DNA of 41,083 nucleotides, taken from the IMG/VR virus record IMGVR_UViG_3300043607_000027, positions 1 to 41,083 of that record; one strand, given 5' to 3'. The notes under the pieces are model-generated. The model was not told the origin of the DNA. It did not search any database and saw nothing but the letters and a program-made list of their open reading frames with translations. The position numbers and the translations under genes are program-made. Position 1 is the first letter of the stretch; each line of letters begins with the position of its first letter. The DNA comes from a virus. Positions 32,925 through 41,083 of the stretch are shown in pieces.

Positions 32925-32943
32925 ACGTTGATACGTTAAATCA

Positions 32944-33168
32944 ATGACTAATGATGTTCCCGAACACACCAACGGTCGTAGCGCCACCAAGATTCTGGCG
33001 TCTGTACCGGAGCGATTGATAAGGGCTCTACCTCCTGGATTTGTCGTTCTTATTTGTCTCAACGTATTGTTCATGGGTGTTCTCGCTTATGCTGTTAATC
33101 ATAACACGGAAGCGCGTAACGCTTTTCTTAAGACCATAATCGATAAATGTCTGGAACGAGAACGATGA
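32944..33168 (+). CDS. small single-pass membrane protein
   Basis: 74 aa with TM segment PPGFVVLICLNVLFMGVLAYAV. Its stop forms an ATGA overlap with terL ATG 33165. G+C is lower than in the neighbours. Confidence 0.55.
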   Translation: MTNDVPEHTNGRSATKILASVPERLIRALPPGFVVLICLNVLFMGVLAYAVNHNTEARNAFLKTIIDKCLERER

Positions 33169-34586
33169 GTGCCACTTTAGCAACAAATCCGTTCCACGCG
33201 GCGATCGAAAAGTATGCCCGCGCGCCGATCGCCTTCGTGCGGGATATTCTTGGTCAACAACCTGACGACTGGCAGATGGAAGCACTGCGCGCGGTGGCGC
33301 GCGGGCACACCCGTCTGGCCATTCGCTCGGGGCATGGCGTCGGCAAGACGTGCTTCGCCGCGTGGCTGTGCGTATGGTTCATCTGCACCCGCGCGCCGTT
33401 CAAGGTCGCCATAACCGCGCCGTCCTCGAGCCAGTTGTTCGACGCGCTATGGCCCGAGTTCATCAAATGGCTGAACATCCTTCCTTCCGGCTGGCGGGAT
33501 CTGTGGGATATTCGCTCCGATCGCGTCACGCTAAAGGCCGATCAGGAATGTTTCGTCACCGCGAGAACCTCTCGCCCCGATACGCCAGAGGCGATGGCGG
33601 GGCTGCACTCGGCGCATATTCTTCTTATCGCCGATGAAGCATCGGGCATCCCCGAGCAGGTCTTCGAAGCCGCCTCGGGCTCGATGTCATCGCATGGCGC
33701 GATAACGCTTCTCATCGGCAACGCGACCAGATCAACCGGTTTCTTCTACCGCGCCCACATGATGGAGCGGGACCGTTGGTATACCCAGAAGGTCTCCTCG
33801 GCCTCTTCCAAACGGGTCACCTCGGAGTTCGTCGATGAAATCGCCAACAGATACGGCATGGATTCAAATGCCTTTCGCGTCCGTGTTCTCGGAGAGTTCC
33901 CTCTTGCTGATGATAACACCCTCATCGGCGCCGACCTCGTCGACAGCGCCATGCTCAGGGATATCGAGATCGATCCTCTCGCCATCGAGATCTGGGGCCT
34001 CGACGTCGCCCGATTCGGCGCCGACGCTTCTGTACTGGTGAAACGAAAAGGGCGCGTCGTGACCGAAATGCCGCGCGCCTGGCATGGCTTGGACACCATG
34101 CGACTGGCCGGAGCCATCAAGGCGGAGTGGGATATCAGCACTTCCAACAATCGCCCTTCCCTCATCTGCATCGACGTGATCGGCATCGGGTCCGGCGTCG
34201 TCGATCGTCTGCACGAGCAAAATCTGCCCATTCTCGGCGTCAATGTCTCCGAAACCGCCTCAACCACCGGTAGATACGCACGCCTACGAGACGAGTTATG
34301 GGTGCGCTGCAAGGAGTGGCTTGGCAACCGCAACGTGCGCCTGCCGCGCCATGATCGCCTCCGCGACGACCTCCTCATGCCGCGTTATTCCTTCCTTAGC
34401 GACGGCAGGCTCCAGGTCGAGAGCAAGCAAAGCATGCGTTCTCGCGGCCTCCCCAGCTGCGATCACGCCGATGCGCTAAACCTTACTTTCTGCGAGCAGG
34501 GGCTGGGTGTCGGGTCCGGCATGACCTCGGGCCTGTTCGACAAAACCCCCATGCACATGAGCCTCGCCGATGGAGATCTGGTATGA
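33165..34586 (+). CDS. terL: terminase large subunit
   Basis: 473 aa from ATG 33165 (ATGA overlap; the track start is 33147). Walker A SGHGVGKT, Walker B LLIADEA. The nuclease half has GLDVARFGAD and DHADAL. Confidence 0.92.
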   Translation: MSATLATNPFHAAIEKYARAPIAFVRDILGQQPDDWQMEALRAVARGHTRLAIRSGHGVGKTCFAAWLCVWFICTRAPFKVAITAPSSSQLFDALWPEFIKWLNILPSGWRDLWDIRSDRVTLKADQECFVTARTSRPDTPEAMAGLHSAHILLIADEASGIPEQVFEAASGSMSSHGAITLLIGNATRSTGFFYRAHMMERDRWYTQKVSSASSKRVTSEFVDEIANRYGMDSNAFRVRVLGEFPLADDNTLIGADLVDSAMLRDIEIDPLAIEIWGLDVARFGADASVLVKRKGRVVTEMPRAWHGLDTMRLAGAIKAEWDISTSNNRPSLICIDVIGIGSGVVDRLHEQNLPILGVNVSETASTTGRYARLRDELWVRCKEWLGNRNVRLPRHDRLRDDLLMPRYSFLSDGRLQVESKQSMRSRGLPSCDHADALNLTFCEQGLGVGSGMTSGLFDKTPMHMSLADGDLV

Positions 34587-37333
34587 GCTACAGCACCTCC
34601 GCGTCGCCCCCTTCGCCCTTCCTGTCCCAGGGCCTCCTCGCCCCTCGACAGATCGCCAACATAAACGATCCCTCGCCCCTGCCCAATATCCCCAACCTGA
34701 TCCCCCAGGGGATGCGGCCCACCCCTTTGTCCGCCTCCCCCTCCGAGCAGATGCTGGCGTTCCTTCTCCCCCCGAAACACGACGAAGATCCGCCTGATTC
34801 CGACCAGTCTCTCCCTTCCGGCCTCCGTAAATACGCCGCCGGCCTGCGCCCCACGCAACGCCCCGCCGCCTCACCCTGGTCCCAGGAAATAGTCTTCGAG
34901 CGTCTCGGCAAGACGGATGTGGAAATCAACGCCGTCGCCCGTTTCTATTACAAAACCGCCCAGAACTATGACGCTTACCTGTCCCGCGAGCGGGTCACCG
35001 CCTCCAATTACTACGCCGGTCTGCCCGATGGGCCGCTGGAAGATGGCCGCTCCAAGCTGACGATGACCGTCGTGCGCGACACCATCCGCCAGACGCTGCC
35101 CTCCCTCCTGCGTATCTTCACCGGCGTCGAAGACCCGGTCTCCTTCCAGCCCCTCTCTTCCGACCACACGACGGCCGCCAACGACCAGCTGGCGACCTCG
35201 CTGGCCAGGCAGGCGACGGACTACGCGCGCTGGGCGTTGTTCACCGCCAACCCCGGCTGGACCATCCTCCACGACGCGCTCCTCGACGCCCTGACCCGCA
35301 AGGCGGGCTGGGTGCGGTGGCACTGGGGGTCCTCGAAACACACCCGCACCGAGGTCGCCGCCGGCCTCTTACTCCCCCAGTTACAGATGCTCCTCGCCGA
35401 GCCCGGCATCGAGGCATCCCGCATCGTCAGACGCCCGATGACACCGGCCGAATCCCAGGCTCTCGCCAAAACCCCCGAAGGCCAACTCTACCTCTCCCAG
35501 GGCGCGCCCGCCGAATACTGGAGCGCCACGATCACCCGGAGCGCCACCCAGGCATGGCCCCAGGTCTCCCACGTCCTCACCGAAAGCGTCTGGATCGCGC
35601 CCGAAGCCGCGTCCGTCGAACAGGCCCCGGCCCTGTTCATCGTCCAGGACTCTACCGTCAGCGATCTGATCGAGGCGGGCCTGCCGGAGGACAAGATCCT
35701 CGCCAACGTCGCCTCGGGGCGTGGCTCCGCCGGGCGGCAGCGGACGGAACTGATCGCGCGGTCCAACGCCCAGGGCCACAACATCGCGGGAGCCCCGCCC
35801 AACGATAAAAGCCAGTCGATCGTGCGCCACGCCGAAGGTTGGATCAGGTGCGACGCCGATGGCGACAATGTCTCCGAGCTGCTGCACGTCCATCTCCTCG
35901 GATCATCACAAAACCTCGTCATGTGGGAGCGGGTCGATGAAATCCCCTTAAGCTGCTTCACCCCCTATCGCGAGCCAGGCAGGGTCATCGGCCAGAGCCA
36001 GGCCGACATGGTCATGGACCTGCAACGGGTCGAATCCCGCGTCATGCGTGGCGTGCTCGATTCACTCGGCCAAAGCATGTTCCCCCGCACGACCGTCGTC
36101 GTGGGCCAGGCCAATCTCGCCGACACCCGCCAGACCGCGATCGGCTCGATCATCCGCGTGGCGCAGCAAGGCGCCGTCGCTGAACTGACCAAGCCGTTCA
36201 TGGGGAAAGAAGCCCTGCCCATAATGGCCGTCCTCGAAACGATCCGCGAGTCTCGCACTGGCATCACGCGGGCCTCGTCGGGTCTGACCGTTGATGAGCT
36301 GCAATCAACGGCCCCGATCGCCGTCTCTCAGCAGTCCTCCGCCGCCCAGGACCGCCTCGACATGGTGGCCCGCACGTTGGCCGAGACCGGGCTGGCCCCG
36401 CTCTACAAGGGCCTCCTGAAGATGCTGGCGCGTCAGCAGGACCGCCCCAACGTCATCCGTATCCGCCAGCAGTGGATACCCATCGACCCGCGCGCCCTGG
36501 CGACCCAATGGGAGACGGCGGTCAACGTGGGTGGGAAAGGAATGCCCCAGGAGCGGCTCCAGATGCTCAGCGCCATCGCCCAGAAGCAGGAGCAACTGAT
36601 CCAGCAAGGGGGCCTTTCCAATCCCCTCGCCGGCCTGCCGGAGTATCGCAACACGCTCGCCCGCATGCTGGAGACGGTGAACATCGCCGACATCAGCTCC
36701 TACTTCAAAGCTCTGCCGCCCGACTTCGCCCCTCCCCCAGCCCCTCCCCCGCCACCCAATACCGACCTCATCCTCGCCGACACGCAGAACAAGAAGACCA
36801 ACGCCGACATCGAGAACACCCGAGCGGATCAACAGACCAAACGCGCCTCCCTACTCCTCGAAGACGATCGCGAACGGGACAAATCCGCCCTCGATGCCTG
36901 GGTGAAAGCGTGGGTGGCGGGGGCTACGTCCAACATCGTCGTCCCCTCTCTCGACGAGTTCAAACAAGCAATGAAAAGCAACGCCCCGGCGGTTGGACTG
37001 CTGTCCGATCTCCCGCCTCCGACCTCGCCCCAACCCCCGGCGGTCGGCGCCCCGCCGCCCCAACAGCAGAAGCCTCCCGGCCCCCAGGGCATGCCGATGA
37101 TGCCTCCAGGGCCACCGAGGCCGCCCATGATGCTTCGGCAACCTCCCACACCCCCCGCTCCGCCCTCGGGCCCCATCAACCCGGAAGCCGCCAACACCAT
37201 TCGTCAGTCCCTGGCGACGGGTCGCTTACCGACAGCGTATGGACAACTGACCCAGCGGGCCTCCGCCTTCCCGCTCAACGGTCCCGGCGGCCCGCCCCTG
37301 CCCTCGCCACCAGGAGGCCAACCCAGTGTCTGA
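34583..37333 (+). CDS. portal protein with Pro-rich N- and C-terminal extensions
   Basis: 916 aa with an ATGA overlap with terL. The core (..NYYAGLPDGP..SKLTMTVVRDTIRQTLPSLLRIF..) resembles podovirus-type portals. The last ~200 aa and first ~100 aa are proline-rich. Confidence 0.85.
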   Translation: MSYSTSASPPSPFLSQGLLAPRQIANINDPSPLPNIPNLIPQGMRPTPLSASPSEQMLAFLLPPKHDEDPPDSDQSLPSGLRKYAAGLRPTQRPAASPWSQEIVFERLGKTDVEINAVARFYYKTAQNYDAYLSRERVTASNYYAGLPDGPLEDGRSKLTMTVVRDTIRQTLPSLLRIFTGVEDPVSFQPLSSDHTTAANDQLATSLARQATDYARWALFTANPGWTILHDALLDALTRKAGWVRWHWGSSKHTRTEVAAGLLLPQLQMLLAEPGIEASRIVRRPMTPAESQALAKTPEGQLYLSQGAPAEYWSATITRSATQAWPQVSHVLTESVWIAPEAASVEQAPALFIVQDSTVSDLIEAGLPEDKILANVASGRGSAGRQRTELIARSNAQGHNIAGAPPNDKSQSIVRHAEGWIRCDADGDNVSELLHVHLLGSSQNLVMWERVDEIPLSCFTPYREPGRVIGQSQADMVMDLQRVESRVMRGVLDSLGQSMFPRTTVVVGQANLADTRQTAIGSIIRVAQQGAVAELTKPFMGKEALPIMAVLETIRESRTGITRASSGLTVDELQSTAPIAVSQQSSAAQDRLDMVARTLAETGLAPLYKGLLKMLARQQDRPNVIRIRQQWIPIDPRALATQWETAVNVGGKGMPQERLQMLSAIAQKQEQLIQQGGLSNPLAGLPEYRNTLARMLETVNIADISSYFKALPPDFAPPPAPPPPPNTDLILADTQNKKTNADIENTRADQQTKRASLLLEDDRERDKSALDAWVKAWVAGATSNIVVPSLDEFKQAMKSNAPAVGLLSDLPPPTSPQPPAVGAPPPQQQKPPGPQGMPMMPPGPPRPPMMLRQPPTPPAPPSGPINPEAANTIRQSLATGRLPTAYGQLTQRASAFPLNGPGGPPLPSPPGGQPSV

Positions 37334-37502
37334 TCTTCCAACAAGCCAGCGGCCTCTCATCATTGAGGTGCTACTGGATGGCGAAGTCATCGCCACGGGA
37401 ACGTGCTCGTCGGAAACCGTCAACTTGTCGGAGTTGGTCGGGATGCCTTTGGTGCCGGCGATGCTCCGGCGGATCGCCGATAAATGGGAGGCCAACCCAT
37501 GA
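37326..37502 (+). CDS. small protein, paralog of 18829..19053
   Basis: 58 aa. GTG start with GGAGG 8 nt upstream, overlapping the portal end by 8 nt. Core LIIEVLLDGEVIATGTCSSE..VGMPLVPAMLRRIADKWEA. Below the track cutoff. Confidence 0.6.
   Translation: MSDLPTSQRPLIIEVLLDGEVIATGTCSSETVNLSELVGMPLVPAMLRRIADKWEANP
37344..37496. repeat. inverted-repeat copy A (partner 18881..19029)
   Basis: See copy B. The 61-nt perfect block is at 37356..37416. Confidence 0.9.
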
Positions 37503-37660
37503 ACCTCATTCTCCTCATCCTCATCCTCCTTCTCCTCTTTGGAGGACTTGGCGGCGGTTACTGGGCGCATTCCAACTACGGCGGGTATTACGGTCCCGGT
37601 ATCGGCATCGGGGCCATTCTCCTCGTCGTCTTGTTGTTCATCCTGCTGCGCGGTTACTGA
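37499..37660 (+). CDS. two-TM small membrane protein (DUF3309-like)
   Basis: 53 aa: MNLILLILILLLLFGGLGGGYWAHSNYGGYYGPGIGIGAILLVVLLFILLRGY. ATGA overlap, with the GGGAGG SD lying inside the upstream gene. Below the track cutoff. Confidence 0.6.
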   Translation: MNLILLILILLLLFGGLGGGYWAHSNYGGYYGPGIGIGAILLVVLLFILLRGY

Positions 37661-37663
37661 ACA

Positions 37664-37921
37664 GTGCCGCTCAGCGCCGAACGCCTCATCCAGTGCGAGG
37701 CGGCGAAACGCTTCATCGCCGATCCGCACTTCAACGCTCTCCTCGACCGTATCGCCGAGGACGCGACCAGGAACGCGATCTTCCTCGAGGACGCCTCCAA
37801 CCGCGAGGCGAACCGTCAGTTGATCCTGGCGATCAAACGGGTCTGGGAGGAACTCCAGGCCGACGCCGAGGCCCCCGAGGCTGAGGCCTCCATCAGCGCC
37901 CACGCCCAGAGCATGGAGTAA
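37664..37921 (+). CDS. hypothetical head-module protein
   Basis: 85 aa with a GTG start, helical-looking. No family recognised. Confidence 0.55.
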   Translation: MPLSAERLIQCEAAKRFIADPHFNALLDRIAEDATRNAIFLEDASNREANRQLILAIKRVWEELQADAEAPEAEASISAHAQSME

Positions 37922-37924
37922 CCC

Positions 37925-38956
37925 ATGGCGTCTTTACTCGACGAGGTGCTGGGCCAGGCAGATCAGACACCTCGGCCTCTTCTCCAGCTGCCCGACGAAC
38001 GGCCGCCGTCCTTCCAGCCGGACCCGCGCGCCGACGCCCTCGGCCAGACCTACAAAGACATCACCGACTACATGGCCCAACAGCACCAGAAGGGGGTCGA
38101 TGAAGGTTACTGGACCGGCGGCGGGCTGCTGGAAGGCGGCCACCCGACATTGAAGGCATTCAATTCCGCCGCCGACGAATATGCTCAGGGCCTTCTCATG
38201 GGGACCACGTCGCCATCAGGCAAATACCTGAAGGCGTATCACGGCAGCCCGCACAAGTTTGATGCGTTCAGCGACAAAGCCATCGGCACGGGCGAGGGCG
38301 CGCAGGCTTACGGCTACGGCCATTATCTCGCCGAGAACGAAGGTATCGCGCAGGGCTATCGTAAGAAACTGTCTGGTCCTCGTCCCGACTATACCGGCGA
38401 GATCGCGCCAGAGCTCAGAGCGGCGCTGGAAGCCGAAGACCACCTCGGTTTCGACAGTCCGGGACAGGCCATCGCCGCGATACGGGCGCATCCCGACTGG
38501 GCGGAGCGATGGGACATTCAGAACCCAGACGCGCTCAAGGCGGGCCTGGAGGCCCACGACGCGGCGAAGTATGGCGGCCGGGGCCACATGTATGAGGTCA
38601 ACGTCGCCGCCGATCCCGAGAAATTCCTACACTGGGACAAGCCGCTCTCCGAACAGCACCCGGATGTTCAGGCGGCCCTGGCGAAACTGCCGCCGCCAGA
38701 TGACAATCTGATGTTTCCCATTACACCTAAATCTCTCGGACGTGACTACGTTTCGGGATATGGCTCCCAGGCACTGAAAGACGTGGGCCTCCCCGGCATC
38801 CGCTACCTCGACGCGGGCAGCCGCGGCGCGGGCGAAGGCAGCCACAATGCCGTCGTCTTCGATCCCGCCACCATGGAAATCATCAGACGCTACGGCCTCG
38901 CCGGTCTGATGCTGGGCGGCGGCGGTCTCCTCTCACCTGACAAACAAGAGCAATAA
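37925..38956 (+). CDS. putative H-Y-E (PARP-like) ADP-ribosyltransferase-fold protein, possibly encapsidated
   Basis: 343 aa. AYHGSPHKF (H106), AYGYGHYLAENEGIAQGY (Y134) and GHMYEVNV (E224), with PARP-like spacing. It lies between the portal and scaffold genes. Recognised by motif only. Confidence 0.45.
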   Translation: MASLLDEVLGQADQTPRPLLQLPDERPPSFQPDPRADALGQTYKDITDYMAQQHQKGVDEGYWTGGGLLEGGHPTLKAFNSAADEYAQGLLMGTTSPSGKYLKAYHGSPHKFDAFSDKAIGTGEGAQAYGYGHYLAENEGIAQGYRKKLSGPRPDYTGEIAPELRAALEAEDHLGFDSPGQAIAAIRAHPDWAERWDIQNPDALKAGLEAHDAAKYGGRGHMYEVNVAADPEKFLHWDKPLSEQHPDVQAALAKLPPPDDNLMFPITPKSLGRDYVSGYGSQALKDVGLPGIRYLDAGSRGAGEGSHNAVVFDPATMEIIRRYGLAGLMLGGGGLLSPDKQEQ

Positions 38957-38958
38957 CC

Positions 38959-40092
38959 ATGTCCGAATCCACTTCCACCCCCGCCTCCGCCCCAACCCCG
39001 GCCGCCACTCCCGCGCCCGCCGTCACACCGGCGGCCCCAACAACCCCCTCGACTGACCCTGGCGTATCGCCACCAGCGAACGATAAACCGCCGATCTCCG
39101 TCTCCGAGGCGGCGCGTCTGCTGTCGCGCCAGCGGCGCGAAGGCGCGCCCCCTCCGCCTCCCGCCCAAACCCCCGAAAGGCGTCCTCCGGCGGCGGAACT
39201 GGCGAAAACACCACCTCCCGCCGCCCCAACACCCCAAACCACGCCAACACCGGCCCCTTCGCCTCTCAGCGCGATGGAAAAGGCCCTCGGCGTGCCCCCA
39301 ACGGCTCCGCCATCACAAGAATCCACGTCACAAACCCCCGAAACGCCCCAAAATGCTCTTTCCGCCCTCGAAATAGACGGAAAACACTATTCCCAGACCG
39401 AATTACGCGAAGCGGTGCTGAAATCGACCGATTACACCCGGAAAACCCAGGAACTGGCCCAGCAACGCCAACAACTGGAGGCGCAACAGCGGGCGTTGGC
39501 GGAGGTGCTGCCGCACATCCAGCCGGAACTGATGCGGCTTCAGGAAATGGTGCAGAATCCGCCCCAACCGCCTGATCCCTCTCTGATCGAGACCAATCAG
39601 CAGCAGTATCTGCGCGAGCGCGCCCAGTATGAGCACGCCCTGGCCGAACAGCAGCGCCTGTTCAGTCTCAATAACCTCCAGAGCGCCGCCCAGCAGCGGG
39701 CGCTGGAGCAGCAGGTGGCCGCCGCCAATGAGGTGCTGGCGAAGGAACTGCCGTTCTGGGCCGATCCCCGACAGCGGCTGGAGGCGCAACAGCAGATCGT
39801 CGAATGGGCCACGTCCAAGGGTGGTTTCAGTCGTGACGAACTACGTGGTCTCTCCAGTCCGCATCATCTCAAGACCATGATGAAGGCGGCACTATTCGAT
39901 CGCTGGGTGGAGGGCGCGAAGACCTCCGCGCCGCCATCATCCTCTGTCCCCGCGCGTGGTGCCGCACCCCCGCCCGCGCCCTCGGAGCGTATCGCCGCCG
40001 CCACCGAGGCGTTCCAGGCCCGCCCCGACGCCCGTAGCGGCGCGGCGTTGATCGCGGCGCGCCGGGCGGCGATGAACGGTGGCGCGCGATGA
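38959..40092 (+). CDS. scaffolding protein
   Basis: 377 aa. The N-terminal ~140 aa are Pro/Thr/Ala-rich, followed by a long Gln/Glu/Leu/Arg-rich coiled-coil-like region. It is immediately upstream of the capsid gene. Confidence 0.7.
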   Translation: MSESTSTPASAPTPAATPAPAVTPAAPTTPSTDPGVSPPANDKPPISVSEAARLLSRQRREGAPPPPPAQTPERRPPAAELAKTPPPAAPTPQTTPTPAPSPLSAMEKALGVPPTAPPSQESTSQTPETPQNALSALEIDGKHYSQTELREAVLKSTDYTRKTQELAQQRQQLEAQQRALAEVLPHIQPELMRLQEMVQNPPQPPDPSLIETNQQQYLRERAQYEHALAEQQRLFSLNNLQSAAQQRALEQQVAAANEVLAKELPFWADPRQRLEAQQQIVEWATSKGGFSRDELRGLSSPHHLKTMMKAALFDRWVEGAKTSAPPSSSVPARGAAPPPAPSERIAAATEAFQARPDARSGAALIAARRAAMNGGAR

Positions 40093-40247
40093 TGACCGAA
40101 GAGGACTGGGCTCTCACGTTAAAGCAGTGGGGCCGCCTGATCAGGCGGCGGAGGAAGACCTGCAAGCACACAAGATGGAAAAGTCTTGAGCGGCACGGGA
40201 GGTGCTGCCCCTCATGCGGTACCGTTGTCGCTGATCTGGGAGACTGA
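40089..40247 (+). CDS. possible 52-aa basic Cys-containing peptide
   Basis: ATGA overlap with the scaffold stop: MMTEEDWALTLKQWGRLIRRRRKTCKHTRWKSLERHGRCCPSCGTVVADLGD. Below the track cutoff, with no other support. Confidence 0.3.
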   Translation: MMTEEDWALTLKQWGRLIRRRRKTCKHTRWKSLERHGRCCPSCGTVVADLGD

Positions 40248-40490
40248 ACTGGACAACCCGCTAAAACCGTCTCAATAATCCGCCGTCGCCCCATGGAGTG
40301 CCATTAAGCACCAACCATGACGCGGGCCGTGCCGTCGCCAATGACTGATCACGCGCCGCGAGGAGTGCTCCGCACCAACCTCGCCTAAGCCGGATCGATC
40401 CACCGCGAAACCCCCTTTCTTCGGTTTCACCGCGCGAGCGGCTCCCCATGGAAAGACATGCGGAGCGCCGCGCCAGCGTTGGAGAATGAC

Positions 40491-41083
40491 ATGGCACTTG
40501 GATCAATGGGCGCGGCGCCGGCGAACACGTATTTAGAGCCGGCCGCCATTGGAGTTAAGGAAGATCTCCGCGATGTGATCTTCCAGATCGATCCCGACGA
40601 GACACCTCTTGTTTCCGCCATTCCCAGTGTGGAAGCGAAACAAATCCTCACCGAGTGGGTCGTCCAGGAGCTTGGGGTCGTGGCCGACAACGCCCAACCC
40701 GAGGGCTTCACCGCCAGTATGCAGGCGGTGACGAAACCCGTCCGCATGAACAACATCGCCCAGATCCTCGTCCGCACGGTGGGCGTGTCCAACACGCTGC
40801 GCTCGGTCGATATGGTCGGCGGCGAGGACGAATACGATCGCCAGCTGATCCTGCGCGGGATGGAAGTGAAGCGCGACCTGGAGTTCGCCATCACATCGCC
40901 GCTGGTCCGTACCATCACCGATCCGCGTCACATGAGCGGCCTTCCCTGTTACTGCGCCAATGGCTCACGCGGCACTGGCGCGGGTGTGATGCCGGTCGGC
41001 GATGGGTCCAACGCGGGCACGCCGGGCACCAAGCGCGACCTCACGCTGGCGATGCTCGACGCCGCCGTGCAGCAGGCGTGGCA
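40491..41083 (+). CDS. major capsid protein, 5' portion (continues at 128..518 after the junction)
   Basis: ATG 40491 with GGAGA 6 nt upstream. The frame stays open to the window end and is continuous with 1..518. Confidence 0.85.
   Translation, partial: MALGSMGAAPANTYLEPAAIGVKEDLRDVIFQIDPDETPLVSAIPSVEAKQILTEWVVQELGVVADNAQPEGFTASMQAVTKPVRMNNIAQILVRTVGVSNTLRSVDMVGGEDEYDRQLILRGMEVKRDLEFAITSPLVRTITDPRHMSGLPCYCANGSRGTGAGVMPVGDGSNAGTPGTKRDLTLAMLDAAVQQAW
40957..41083. repeat. terminal overlap identical to 1..127
   Basis: Exact 127-nt match to the window start. Confidence 0.97.

Noticed and set aside
32630-32947. 105-aa ORF filling the terS-terL gap.
   Set aside because: The translation is low-complexity where the DNA is (CG)n or palindromic. 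Its YAFGIN/YDFGIN duplication just mirrors the 19-bp DNA direct repeats. I treat the region as non-coding and structured, although coding cannot be excluded.

Overview
GC-rich window (about two-thirds G+C by eye) whose first and last 127 nt are identical. It is a circularly closed assembly of a complete tailed-phage genome, about 40,956 bp of unique sequence. The architecture is podovirus-like: no tail tube, sheath or tape-measure genes, but a nozzle-like propeller protein and several large internal/ejection proteins.

Plus-strand late block (32230 through the junction to 17598): terS, an odd ~320-bp gap, a small TM protein, terL, portal, small genes, a PARP-like (ART) protein, scaffold, capsid (wraps the junction), an antisense HNH endonuclease, adaptor, fibres/tailspike, and internal virion proteins (one carrying an M15 peptidase).

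Minus-strand block (25741 down to 17592): HTH protein, Zn-finger protein, SNF2 helicase, DUF2800 nuclease, DUF2815 SSB, family-A DNA polymerase, small genes, a PEP-CTERM secreted protein and three micro-ORFs.

Plus-strand early block (25791 to 31639): small proteins, an HTH protein, a C5 DNA methyltransferase, a primase-helicase and a RuvC-like resolvase. One acidic gene (31682..32086) sits alone on the minus strand.

More than 20 gene junctions use ATGA/GTGA start-stop overlaps, and I used these to re-set several ORF-track starts. I recognised no integrase, tRNA, CRISPR array, or canonical holin/endolysin.

Most interesting observations:
- The methyltransferase gene has conserved motifs split between two open reading frames.
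- An H-Y-E (PARP-like) ADP-ribosyltransferase candidate lies in the head module.
- The phage encodes a PEP-CTERM protein.
- A ~150-bp inverted duplication 18.3 kb apart carries paralogous small genes.
- The terS-terL gap is structured (candidate packaging site).
- A 24-bp-arm inverted repeat follows the primase gene.

All family names come from motif recognition by eye. None were verified by search.
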